In this document: positions 10,908 to 22,181 of the stretch, piece after piece
Layout of the letters: every line of letters starts with the position of its first letter
Position numbering within the stretch: the stretch's first letter is position 1
DNA from: Bacteroidota bacterium
Lineage (GTDB): Bacteria > Bacteroidota > Bacteroidia > AKYH767-A > OLB10
NCBI GenBank assembly: GCA_046073825.1
Contig: JBJTMY010000097.1
Location: 5,270-69,269, forward strand
Direction of reading: 5' to 3'
DNA: 64,000 nt
Notes under the pieces: generated by a model
Seen by the model: the letters and a program-made list of their open reading frames with translations, nothing else
Told to the model about the DNA's origin: nothing
The model's database searches: none
Position numbers and translations under genes: made by a program

Positions 10908-12077
10908 TTACCATTCAAAAACTCCGTATGGAGATTGAATGGTTAATTTTTTTTGATTGCTTTTTTCTACTCTTCCTATTACTTGTGCATCAATATTAAA
11001 GCTATTCGCAATGGAAATAATTTTCTCTGCATGGTTTGGATGGCAATAAATTTCCATTCTATGTCCCATATTAAAAACTTGATACATTTCTTTCCAACTG
11101 GTATTCGACTCTTCTTGTATCATTTTAAACAATGGAGGTAATTCAAAAAGTCGATCTTTAATAATATGAACGTCATTTACAAAATGTAAAACTTTTGTTT
11201 GTCCACCACCGCTACAATGTACCATCCCATGAATAGCTGAACGCATTTCATTCAATATTGACTTTATAACGGGAGCGTATGTACGTGTTGGAGACAAAAC
11301 TAATCGACCTGCATCCAATGGCACTTCGGCAATTTTATCGGTTAGCTGTTTTGTACCTGAATAAACTAATTCTTCTGGTAATCCGGCATCAAATGTATCT
11401 GGGTACTTTTCTGCAACTATTTTACTAAACACATCATGTCGAGCAGATGTTAAACCGTTACTACCCATTCCTCCATTATAGACCTCTTCATAAGTTGCTT
11501 GACCGCTAGAACTTAATCCTACTATCACATCTCCATCTTGAATATTAGCATTATCAATTACTTCATTACGCTTCATTCTGCAGGTAACAGTACTATCTAC
11601 TATGATTGTTCTTACCAAATCACCTACATCTGCAGTTTCCCCTCCAGTCGTATAAATGGAAACTCCATAAGATCTTAATTGTTCCACTAACTCTTCAGTC
11701 CCATTAATAATGGCGGCAATTACTTCACCAGGAATAAGGCGTTTATTTCTGCCTATGGTAGAGGATAATAAAATATTTGAAACAGCTCCAACACATAATA
11801 GATCATCAATATTCATTATTAATGCATCTTGCGCAATACCTTTCCAAACTGACAAATCCCCCGTTTCTTTCCAATAAGCATAAGCTAAACTACTTTTAGT
11901 TCCTGCGCCATCGGCATGCATAATATTGCAATAATCACTGTCTCCGCCTAAATAATCAGGGATTATTTTACAAAATGCGGAGGGAAACAGCCCTTTATCA
12001 ACTTTTTGAATAGCCGCATGTACTTCATCCTTTGTTGCCGACACTCCTCGGAGGTTATATCTTTCTGAACTATTCAT
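10908..12077 (-). CDS. purM: Phosphoribosylformylglycinamidine cyclo-ligase (AIR synthetase)
   Basis: 389 aa with a PurM-type N/C domain pattern (DGAGTK..., GMVHCSGGGQTK). Confidence 0.88.
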   Translation of the reverse strand: MNSSERYNLRGVSATKDEVHAAIQKVDKGLFPSAFCKIIPDYLGGDSDYCNIMHADGAGTKSSLAYAYWKETGDLSVWKGIAQDALIMNIDDLLCVGAVSNILLSSTIGRNKRLIPGEVIAAIINGTEELVEQLRSYGVSIYTTGGETADVGDLVRTIIVDSTVTCRMKRNEVIDNANIQDGDVIVGLSSSGQATYEEVYNGGMGSNGLTSARHDVFSKIVAEKYPDTFDAGLPEELVYSGTKQLTDKIAEVPLDAGRLVLSPTRTYAPVIKSILNEMRSAIHGMVHCSGGGQTKVLHFVNDVHIIKDRLFELPPLFKMIQEESNTSWKEMYQVFNMGHRMEIYCHPNHAEKIISIANSFNIDAQVIGRVEKSNQKKLTIQSPYGVFEW

Positions 12078-12082
12078 AGCTG

Positions 12083-12090
12083 CAAATTTA
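12083..12090 (-). promoter_or_regulatory. -7 promoter box (TAAATTTG on the minus strand) for purM-prfA-pyrF
   Basis: Plus-strand CAAATTTA only 5 nt from the purM ATG, just downstream of the ompA-family terminator. This implies a near-leaderless mRNA. Confidence 0.4.
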
Positions 12091-12120
12091 CGAGTTTGAT
12101 TTCCTTTGTTCGATTAATAT

Positions 12121-12154
12121 TAAAAAAAAACGCCCCGAAAATATTCAGGGCGTT
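12121..12154 (-). terminator. Intrinsic terminator of the OmpA-family gene
   Basis: Stem aacgccc/gggcgtt with an inner extension. On the minus strand it is followed by T9. Confidence 0.7.
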
Positions 12155-12171
12155 TCCATTTATTAAAATTT

Positions 12172-14172
12172 TTAGTTTTTCGGAACGTATGTAGCTCCTG
12201 TAACTTCAAATTCTGTTCTACGATTGTATTGATGAGCTTTTTCTTTCAATTCTTTAGTTGCCAATCCATCAATAAATTCCTTAGTTAACACATCGCCGCG
12301 TTTAAATGGTAAATATTCTTCATCATTTTCAACTGCTTTTGGAGTAGTTTCCCCTTTTCCTTCAAACGTTAAACGATCAGCAGGAATTCCATGAGCAACT
12401 AAATAATCCATAACACTCTTCGCACGACGATTTGATAAACTCATATTGTAGTTATCGTCTGCACGATAATCGGTATGTGAAGTCAATTTAATTGTTAATG
12501 TAGGATTTTCTGTTAAAGTTTTGATTAAACCATCTAATGCTGATTTAGATTCTGCACGTAATGTAGCTTTGTCTAAATCGTAGAATACCATTGGTACTGT
12601 AATAGGTTTCTTTGTAGACTTTAATGGGAAATCAAAATCTTTTGTAAAGTCTTTATCTTCTTCAATTCCAACAGTACTTAATTCATGAAACTTCGTTAAA
12701 TATCCTGTGAAAGAAGCAGAGATTTTATACTTTACGTTTGCCTTTAATTCATAAGTATATAATCCATCAGCACCGGTAGAAACACTTAGTGAAGTACCAT
12801 CACTTCCAAATAGCTCCACAGTTGCTCCTTCAATACTTTCTTTTGTATCTGTATCATAAACACGTCCACCAACTTTTAACTTAACTGGAGGAATAACGAA
12901 TGAATAAATATCATCACCACCTTGACCACCAGCACGACTTGAAGAAAAATATCCAGATGTTTCTGAAGTCATTATAACACCAAAATCATCGGCTCCTGAG
13001 TTAATAGGCGATTGAAGATTTACCGGTTCTGACCATTGTCCTGCTTCGTTTGTTGAGTAAAACATATCTAAACCTCCCATTCCAGGTTTACCATTAGATG
13101 CATAATATAAACGACCATTTGTAGCTACACGTGGGAACATATCATCACCATCACTATTAATTACTGATCCTGCATTTATTGGCGTTCCCCAAGCATTTGC
13201 AGAAGCATCCCAAGATGACATCCAAATATCTTTTCCACCTAATCCACCGGGCATGTCACTCGCAAAATATAAAGTTTTGCCATCAGCAGATAAACTTGGG
13301 TGGCCACATGTATAACTGTCACTATTAAAAGGCAATGCTACAGGATCACTCCACTTACCATCAGCAAGTGTTGTCATCATAATCTTACATTGCATATTTT
13401 TACCCTTAATTGTAGGACAAGTAGTAAAATACATTGTTTTTCCAGTCGCATCGAAGCAAGCCGCTCCATCTGAATTATCAGAATTTGCTGGCCCAGGGAA
13501 TACAGTTGGTGTACTCCACTTACCATTGTTGTCTTTTGTTGCTTGGAAAATATCAAAGTACTTCTCGCCATACCAGTTGTCATTTTTAGAACCTGTCGAC
13601 TCCTCTCTTGATGAAGTAAAAACCAAACTTCCTTTTGCTGTAGGATTTTCGCACAATGCGAACTCATGGTACTTTGAGTTCACTCCTGAAACGTTCTCTA
13701 CCTTAGCACGAGTTGGTTTATCATTCCATGCTTGCGCTTGCTCACATTCTTTGATTTTACCATCTACCTTACTGTCAGTAGGATTCTTCTCCTTGTATGC
13801 ATTATACTGAGCAATCGCTTCAGCATATTTTCCATTAGCTTTTAAAGATTCTGCATAACGTAAGATAGAAATAGGGTCTTTGTACTTGGCTTTGACAGCT
13901 TTTCCATACCAATCTTCTGCCTCGGCATTGTTATTTACCATTCTTGCACACTCACCTGCACGGTAAGCAGCCCAACCTTTTTGCTCGTTTTTGTTAAACT
14001 TAGCGTATGCCTTTTTATACAATGCAGATGCAGAATAATACTGCCCGATTGAATAAACTTTATCGGCCTTTTTTGTTTTAGTTTTTGGTGCTTTTGGAGC
14101 CTTGTCCGCAGCAAAACTGCATACAATGGTCAATGAAAAGACCACTAATAAGCGTAATGATTTCTTGATCAT
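12172..14172 (-). CDS. OmpA-family outer-membrane/peptidoglycan-associated protein with TPR, TolB-like PD40 beta-propeller and CarboxypepD_reg-like domains
   Basis: Signal peptide; TPR segment; repeated PD40-type motifs (S.DG...YF.S.R.GG.GG.D....); C-terminal OmpA_C motif (HTDYRADDNYNMSLSNRRAKSV). Confidence 0.85.
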   Translation of the reverse strand: MIKKSLRLLVVFSLTIVCSFAADKAPKAPKTKTKKADKVYSIGQYYSASALYKKAYAKFNKNEQKGWAAYRAGECARMVNNNAEAEDWYGKAVKAKYKDPISILRYAESLKANGKYAEAIAQYNAYKEKNPTDSKVDGKIKECEQAQAWNDKPTRAKVENVSGVNSKYHEFALCENPTAKGSLVFTSSREESTGSKNDNWYGEKYFDIFQATKDNNGKWSTPTVFPGPANSDNSDGAACFDATGKTMYFTTCPTIKGKNMQCKIMMTTLADGKWSDPVALPFNSDSYTCGHPSLSADGKTLYFASDMPGGLGGKDIWMSSWDASANAWGTPINAGSVINSDGDDMFPRVATNGRLYYASNGKPGMGGLDMFYSTNEAGQWSEPVNLQSPINSGADDFGVIMTSETSGYFSSSRAGGQGGDDIYSFVIPPVKLKVGGRVYDTDTKESIEGATVELFGSDGTSLSVSTGADGLYTYELKANVKYKISASFTGYLTKFHELSTVGIEEDKDFTKDFDFPLKSTKKPITVPMVFYDLDKATLRAESKSALDGLIKTLTENPTLTIKLTSHTDYRADDNYNMSLSNRRAKSVMDYLVAHGIPADRLTFEGKGETTPKAVENDEEYLPFKRGDVLTKEFIDGLATKELKEKAHQYNRRTEFEVTGATYVPKN

Positions 14173-14561
14173 AATGGATCGTGTATTTTTACAGTTTCTC
14201 AGAAGGACAAAGGAAACAAATTATTTCAAATTAAAAAAAAAGAGTTTGAATAAATTGTTTTTGCCTTTGTGCTGATTTACAGTGTTTTATACACAAACAG
14301 TGCAAATCAGGTCAATTTGTTGAAAAAAAATTTTGGTCCAAACAAGTCTTTTTGAATCTAGTTTATTGAAGGAAGGCAATCCTGACGATGAAATTGGATT
14401 CGCTATTTAACTTGATGTTTTATAGTTGTTTTAAGTCGTCTAATCAAACAATGTAAAATTCTAAAGGTATATTAAATCCTGCATCTTTTTGCGCAAATTA
14501 ACAATCATCCAAATTATCAACATTGCTTGATTTTTATTAGAAAATAAAACATGTTTTTCCA

Positions 14562-14569
14562 TATCTTTG
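14562..14569 (+). promoter_or_regulatory. -7 promoter box for gyrB
   Basis: Exact TATCTTTG 37 nt upstream of the gyrB ATG. Confidence 0.4.
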
Positions 14570-14599
14570 TTTGATCAATTTCAACCAAATTTTATATAA

Positions 14600-16576
<1,977 letters not shown>

Positions 16577-16594
16577 TCAGCATTCATCTCAAAA

Positions 16595-16624
16595 AAAAGC
16601 CACAGAATAGCTGTGGCTTTTTTG
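16595..16624 (+). terminator. Intrinsic terminator after gyrB
   Basis: Stem agccacag/ctgtggct flanked by an A-run and a T-run. Confidence 0.75.
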
Positions 16625-16724
16625 TTTTATTCAATTTGACAAAAATTATAACTATTCATATTTTTTTTATTTGATAGCGTCATGTTTTTTGTAATTTCGC
16701 AACACAAATTTTAAGGATAAAAAA

Positions 16725-17660
16725 ATGAAAGTAACTGTAGTAGGCGCTGGTTATGTTGGAGCCACATGCGCGAATGTCATTGCACATAATGAACTTGCCA
16801 ACGAAGTAATTTTATTAGATATCAAAGAAGGTATCGCTGAAGGTAAATCGTTAGATATCTGGCAAACTGCCCCTATCAACCTTTATGACACGCGGGTAAA
16901 AGGTTCTACAAATGATTATGCTGCTACTGCAGGTTCTGATGTTGTAGTTATTACATCTGGATTACCGAGAAAACCTGGAATGAGCCGTGACGACCTAATC
17001 GCTACTAATGCAGGTATTGTAAAGTCAGTTACAGAAAATATTATTAAGTATTCTCCGAATACAATCATCATCGTTGTAAGTAATCCTTTGGATGTTATGA
17101 CGTATTGCGCTTATTTAAATTCCGGACTTGATAGTAAAAAAGTATTTGGTATGGCCGGTATTTTAGACACAGCTCGCTACCGTGCTTTCTTAGCAGAATC
17201 TTTAAACTGTTCACCAAAAGATATCCAAGCAATTTTAATGGGTGGCCATGGCGATACAATGGTTCCGCTTCCTCGTTATACAACAGTTTCTGGTATTCCA
17301 GTAACTGAATTAATTGCCGCAGATAAATTAGAGGCTATTGTTCAACGTACTAAAGTTGGTGGTGGCGAATTAGTAAATCTAATGGGAACATCAGCATGGT
17401 ATGCTCCGGGTGCAGCTGCTGCTCAAATGGTAGAAGCTATCGTGCGTGATCAAAAACGTATTTTCCCTGTTTGCGCTTGGTTAAATGGCGAGTATGGAAT
17501 GAAAGATATTTATCTTGGTGTTCCTGTAAAATTAGGAAGAAATGGTATCGAAGAAATTATCGAATTACAATTAAACGATGCTGAAAAATTATTATTAACT
17601 AACTCTGCTACTGCTGTTAAAGAAGTAATGAGTGTGCTTGATAATATGCAAACAGTTTAA
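16725..17660 (+). CDS. mdh: Malate dehydrogenase (LDH-like, NAD-dependent)
   Basis: MKVTVVGAGYVGAT Rossmann start; 311 aa; GGHGDTMVP motif. Confidence 0.93.
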   Translation: MKVTVVGAGYVGATCANVIAHNELANEVILLDIKEGIAEGKSLDIWQTAPINLYDTRVKGSTNDYAATAGSDVVVITSGLPRKPGMSRDDLIATNAGIVKSVTENIIKYSPNTIIIVVSNPLDVMTYCAYLNSGLDSKKVFGMAGILDTARYRAFLAESLNCSPKDIQAILMGGHGDTMVPLPRYTTVSGIPVTELIAADKLEAIVQRTKVGGGELVNLMGTSAWYAPGAAAAQMVEAIVRDQKRIFPVCAWLNGEYGMKDIYLGVPVKLGRNGIEEIIELQLNDAEKLLLTNSATAVKEVMSVLDNMQTV

Positions 17661-17686
17661 TACGGCATTATCTTTATTATCTTAAT

Positions 17687-17720
17687 AAAACGAGGCGCCA
17701 TGATGATGGCGCCTCGTTTT
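17687..17720. terminator. Bidirectional intrinsic terminator (mdh and the convergent operon)
   Basis: Perfect 14-bp stem aaaacgaggcgcca/tggcgcctcgtttt with a 6-nt loop. It overlaps the stop codon of the DCC gene. Confidence 0.8.
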
Positions 17721-18102
17721 ATTTAATAACTCTTCCAATTAATTCGCTAGAAATTCGCTTGCATTTTTCATTTTTCCCTCTCTGAAATATTTTTCGATTT
17801 CGTGCAACAACACGATAGATTTTATTTAGTAATGATATTGGTAAGATATTTAGATGATTCAAACAATTAAATGGAAATCTCAAAAACTTTGCAAGTTCAA
17901 TAATTGCTTGAGCTTCGGTATAAATATGATGCTCATTCACATAAAAAACAACTGTATTTGTTGCTAAAGCTAGATTCTTATCTCGATAACAATCAGAATT
18001 TAATCCCGAAAAACAGATTGATTTGGTTGCATCGTATTTATAAACTAGGCGCACAAAATTTGAACACATCAAACATTCATTGTCATAAAACAAAACCATC
18101 AT
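17719..18102 (-). CDS. DCC-family (DUF393) thiol-disulfide oxidoreductase
   Basis: N-terminal LFYDNECLMCSNFV matches the D-x-x-C-x-x-C signature of the family; 127 aa. Confidence 0.75.
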   Translation of the reverse strand: MMVLFYDNECLMCSNFVRLVYKYDATKSICFSGLNSDCYRDKNLALATNTVVFYVNEHHIYTEAQAIIELAKFLRFPFNCLNHLNILPISLLNKIYRVVARNRKIFQRGKNEKCKRISSELIGRVIK

Positions 18103-18107
18103 GTAAT

Positions 18108-19595
18108 TTATGGTTTTACAGCCACAGAATAAGGATCTACAGACAACTCCGGTTTGAAACTATTATCTTTTTCGAGTGTCACCATGTCTATTTTACTCAA
18201 ATATCCGTTTTTGCCCGCACAAGCAGAAGCGTGATGTGGCGCTGGCCCTCCAGTAAAATTTCTGTTGGCTACAATTACGCAATCATTGGCTTTATCAATC
18301 GCAATTCCGTGCGGTTGCCAGCCAACTTTTACTTTTTTAATTTCTGTCAATCCAACAATATCAATGACACTAACAGACCCTTTTACATCCGGCAGAAACG
18401 TCACATCTTCCATGTTTGTAACAAAGAGTAAATTATGTTCTGCTGACATAGCAAATTCCAATGGATATACTCCTACAGGAATCACTTTAATTAATTGGTC
18501 CGTTGCAGCATCAAATACTCTTACCTGATTTACATCCTGACATGTTACAAAATATTTACTGTAATCAGGAGCAAAAATAATTTCATGTGGCTTTAAGGAG
18601 GTAGCCGAATAATCGGGGCCTATTGGATTTAAATTCACATCTTCATAATTGGAAGGATCTCCCAACGGAATCTTTACCAACTTACTCGATTCTTGATAGG
18701 TAACATATAAAGTATCATCTGTTGCATTTAATGCCGATCCATGTAAATTTATTGTAGCACCTGTACTTGGAAATGGACCAATGGTTTGAGAAGTACCATT
18801 GTCAAAATCCACAATTGCAACTCTCCCCCCATCATAATCTACTGCATATCCAAATTTCGAGTTTTTTGAAAGACTAATTGTATTCCAACCTCCAGCAATT
18901 CCATTACCAATCGGAATAGTCTTTACCAACTCATCACTAACGGTACTGAATAGCTGAACAATATCCGACTTCAAATAAACCGTAGCCCAATACTTTCCAT
19001 CTGGCGTAACTTTTACATTATGTGGCGACTCAGGAGGAGTAGCTCCTGGGGTTTGCCCAACATCAACCATCGACATGACCACTTTCTTTTTAGCATCCAT
19101 AACCGAAACCACATCACAACCTTGGTTAGTGATGTAGTATTTCTTGCGGTTTGCATCGTTGGGAAACATCTCTACCCCATCCTTTGATTTTGCCCCGTCC
19201 TCAATCCATGTCTTTAATGTTTGATATTCCAAATCACTTAATGCAGCCGAATTGAGTGGCATCGTTGGTTGAACAACCAAACCTTTTGTACTATCTGTGT
19301 TTGTAAAGTATAATAATGTACTAAAGTCAGGTCGCTTAGGAATAACCACAGCACCATTGTTAGTCCCTCTGTACATCGACTCCCAAGTAGTCAAGTCTAA
19401 ATTTGCAGCTCCAGCACTACTTATTTCATTATGACAACCTGAAGTAGCACATTTACCAGTAATGATTGTTCCAACATTATCTGGATAATTGGAAACAACA
19501 GGAGCTTCATACACATCGTATCTGCATGAGCTTATCGGAAATAAAATTGCTAGCGCAAAAATTATTTTTATATAATTAATCTCCTTCTGTAACAT
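18108..19595 (-). CDS. Lipoprotein: N-terminal cytochrome-c-like (PSCyt1-like) domain with a CX4CH motif fused to a YVTN/YncE-type beta-propeller
   Basis: Lipobox ...FPISSC. The region GKCATSGCHNE...LDLTTWESMYRG...GAVVIP....STLLY......MP....LS..E...L..WI..GA resembles the planctomycete cytochrome c domain. The rest shows repeated beta-propeller blades (V.V.PDGKY..., Y.V..D.....V.D). Confidence 0.7.
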   Translation of the reverse strand: MLQKEINYIKIIFALAILFPISSCRYDVYEAPVVSNYPDNVGTIITGKCATSGCHNEISSAGAANLDLTTWESMYRGTNNGAVVIPKRPDFSTLLYFTNTDSTKGLVVQPTMPLNSAALSDLEYQTLKTWIEDGAKSKDGVEMFPNDANRKKYYITNQGCDVVSVMDAKKKVVMSMVDVGQTPGATPPESPHNVKVTPDGKYWATVYLKSDIVQLFSTVSDELVKTIPIGNGIAGGWNTISLSKNSKFGYAVDYDGGRVAIVDFDNGTSQTIGPFPSTGATINLHGSALNATDDTLYVTYQESSKLVKIPLGDPSNYEDVNLNPIGPDYSATSLKPHEIIFAPDYSKYFVTCQDVNQVRVFDAATDQLIKVIPVGVYPLEFAMSAEHNLLFVTNMEDVTFLPDVKGSVSVIDIVGLTEIKKVKVGWQPHGIAIDKANDCVIVANRNFTGGPAPHHASACAGKNGYLSKIDMVTLEKDNSFKPELSVDPYSVAVKP

Positions 19596-19980
19596 ATAAG
19601 TTAATTGATTGAGTTCCCTCTTTCTGTGCAGTGCTGAAAGGCATTCCTCCTTTAACTACATTATTAGGTGGCGTTAACAAGCTATCAATTCCAACAGCAT
19701 AAAAATAATAATCACCGCAATTTAAACTTCTAAGATACGCAATGCTGGAACTGTCATTAGCTTTAAAAGAAAGATCGTAATTGGAAGGATTTGCACCAGG
19801 AAAATCCTGCGTATTGAACTTTACATAAACAGTACATCCCTTTATTTCACGTATATGATGAATCATTTTTGCTGCCACGGTCAGACCTCCTCCGGAACCT
19901 GCCTTGCAATCATCTTCTTTGCAACTATTGCATGAAGTAATAAACAATGTTAACACAGCCAACAATCTAATTGCTCTCAT
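19576..19980 (-). CDS. Small hypothetical lipoprotein (134 aa)
   Basis: Signal plus lipobox LFITSC. ATGA overlap with the upstream gene and a 20-nt overlap with the downstream gene. Confidence 0.55.
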   Translation of the reverse strand: MRAIRLLAVLTLFITSCNSCKEDDCKAGSGGGLTVAAKMIHHIREIKGCTVYVKFNTQDFPGANPSNYDLSFKANDSSSIAYLRSLNCGDYYFYAVGIDSLLTPPNNVVKGGMPFSTAQKEGTQSINLYVTEGD

Positions 19981-22181
19981 AGCTTGATTATTTTTTTTGA
20001 ACTAATAGAATTATTTTCAATAACATTACAAATGTAAACACCCGATTTAAAATTACTAAGGTTTACATCCATGATATTTGTTGTGATCGCGCTTGAAAAA
20101 ATTTCACGACCAATAATATCTGTGATTTTGACTTGGTATTTATGGGTAGGATTAAACTCCTTTATAGACATTTGAAATTCAACTGCGACCGGGTTTGGAA
20201 AAACGTCAAATTGCAACGAATTATTGGTTGAATTATCGTTTACAGACAACACACTATTTTGCGAATACAACACTACTCCACCACAAGCATTTCCAATCAC
20301 TAAATCATACTTCCCATCTCCATCCACATCATTTGCTGCGGGAAAACTTCTTTGAGGTTCATATATTCCTTGAAACATACTATCCACTAAAGTGAAGTTT
20401 CCATTTAAATTTCCATCAATATTATTATAATGATATAAGTATCCGCTATAAGAACCAACCAACAACTCATATCCGTTACCGTTATCAAATAAATAAGGTA
20501 CGCTAAAACCTGCAAACATATTTACTTTCTTTACATTAACTCCTCCAAAATTTGCAGTAATAAATGAAAAGGTAAAGTTGCCATTGTTTCGGTAATAATT
20601 GATATTCCCATTACGCTCTCCAATTAAAATATCAATCTGTCCATCATGATCAACATCTATCATTTGAGGAGTTGCATTGCTACCAACATTAATTCCTAAA
20701 TAGTTAGGAGTCGTTAAAGAAAATACTGCGAATCCACCAAGTACCGCATTATTAGTAAATAGATGTAAATTACCACTAGCATCTCCAATTATCATATCAT
20801 CATCTCCATCACCGTCCATGTCAGCAAAAGACAATGATAACCCTATAATTCCACTTGTAGATAATGAAGCAAAATCATCAGTCATGAATGTATAACAATA
20901 ATTACTACCTGCAGACGTATTTTGATAATAAGCAATTTTACCTTTTAATACTCCCGCATCTGTTCTGTATTCATTGGCAATTAATAAATCTTTTTTACCA
21001 TCTGCATTCACGTCAAAGAAAGCAGGATGAGCCCCTGTTCCGACTTCTACCATTTCATTTACTAACCATTCATTAGTTGTGTAATTAAATACATTCGTTT
21101 GATTATTGGTCGTATTCCTATATAACATCACATTTTTATAATCTTCACCAGTATCAAAAAAGTTGGATACGACAAAATCTTTATTCCCATCGTTATCAGC
21201 ATCAAAATAAAAAGGCGCAGCAACATCGAGCATGGTGGCTGGAACATTATAACTTGGGAAGGCAGAGTCTTGTGAACATACATAGGAAGAATCCGGATTT
21301 CCACAATTTTGAAGAAACAGCACATTGGGCGACAAGACATCTCCATTTAAAATATCCTTATCCCCATCGCCATCTGCATCAAAGGCACATAGCACTGATC
21401 CAGCATGTTTTTTCTCTTCAATTTGTGAATTAGTATTTGATGGGTTTGCAGGCCATAACGGACATGCGGGAATTGGAGGTAAATCAGCCGTGTTGTAAGA
21501 ACTTTTCAAGGCAAAGTAGCCCCAACATTGAGGGATATTATACATTAAAAACCCATTTGGACTTCCAGTCGAATCCATTACATAATTTTTATGATATTCT
21601 ACCCAGCTCCCACTTATGGAAAATGCGAGTACATCCATGTCTCCGTCATTGTCAACATCCGACAATGCAGGCATATTCACTCTTGAAACATAGATATTGG
21701 TCGGAAAGGTACCATAATGCGTGTATAATTGAGGAACAACTAAGGTAAATTTTAATCCTTGCCCTAAATTTATATCATTACGATAACATCGAATGCTTGC
21801 ATTATAGTAGGAAAACAAATCCATGTCACCATCATTATCATAATCGTATGATTTTATCCAACCATCCAAATCATTTGGAAATTTAGATACATATTCTGGA
21901 GCATAAACGTAAGAGGAAGTTTTATAAATCCCTTTATTTATAAGTGGCACAATTCGATTATTGGTTGAGCTAAACGCCACTAAATCCATTATTCCATCAT
22001 TATTCAAATCCATTTCAGCAAATACAGCACTATTTAATCCACCACCCCATGCATTATACAATGATTGATTGTTCATATCCATCACATGTACTAAGGTATC
22101 TCGAAAAAAGGTTTGCGTTTGCGCATCTACAAGAGTAGATAAACAGCAAAAAATAAGTGCCCAACAATGTCTTAATTTCAT
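19977..22181 (-). CDS. FG-GAP/VCBS-repeat (integrin-alpha-like beta-propeller) protein with a T9SS type A C-terminal sorting domain
   Basis: Signal peptide; about 7 Ca-binding D-x-D-x-D-G-x-x-D loops (DVDNDGDMDVL, DADGDGDKDIL, DMDGDGDDDMI...); C-terminal FDVFPNPV...GVYIC...KIIKL tail. Confidence 0.8.
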   Translation of the reverse strand: MKLRHCWALIFCCLSTLVDAQTQTFFRDTLVHVMDMNNQSLYNAWGGGLNSAVFAEMDLNNDGIMDLVAFSSTNNRIVPLINKGIYKTSSYVYAPEYVSKFPNDLDGWIKSYDYDNDGDMDLFSYYNASIRCYRNDINLGQGLKFTLVVPQLYTHYGTFPTNIYVSRVNMPALSDVDNDGDMDVLAFSISGSWVEYHKNYVMDSTGSPNGFLMYNIPQCWGYFALKSSYNTADLPPIPACPLWPANPSNTNSQIEEKKHAGSVLCAFDADGDGDKDILNGDVLSPNVLFLQNCGNPDSSYVCSQDSAFPSYNVPATMLDVAAPFYFDADNDGNKDFVVSNFFDTGEDYKNVMLYRNTTNNQTNVFNYTTNEWLVNEMVEVGTGAHPAFFDVNADGKKDLLIANEYRTDAGVLKGKIAYYQNTSAGSNYCYTFMTDDFASLSTSGIIGLSLSFADMDGDGDDDMIIGDASGNLHLFTNNAVLGGFAVFSLTTPNYLGINVGSNATPQMIDVDHDGQIDILIGERNGNINYYRNNGNFTFSFITANFGGVNVKKVNMFAGFSVPYLFDNGNGYELLVGSYSGYLYHYNNIDGNLNGNFTLVDSMFQGIYEPQRSFPAANDVDGDGKYDLVIGNACGGVVLYSQNSVLSVNDNSTNNSLQFDVFPNPVAVEFQMSIKEFNPTHKYQVKITDIIGREIFSSAITTNIMDVNLSNFKSGVYICNVIENNSISSKKIIKL

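Noticed and set aside
13377-13810. Internal ORFs on both strands inside the OmpA-family gene (13377..13667 minus, 13526..13810 plus). Similar short track ORFs include 1039..1230, 2459..2650, 3348..3810, 20195..21748, 24313..24528, 24541..24819, 25616..26193, 31761..33155, 50057..50260 and 60700..61770.
   Set aside because: All are nested in, or antisense to, long ORFs with clear family motifs. They have no independent signals (promoter box, signal peptide or motif) and are typical shadow ORFs of AT-rich DNA.
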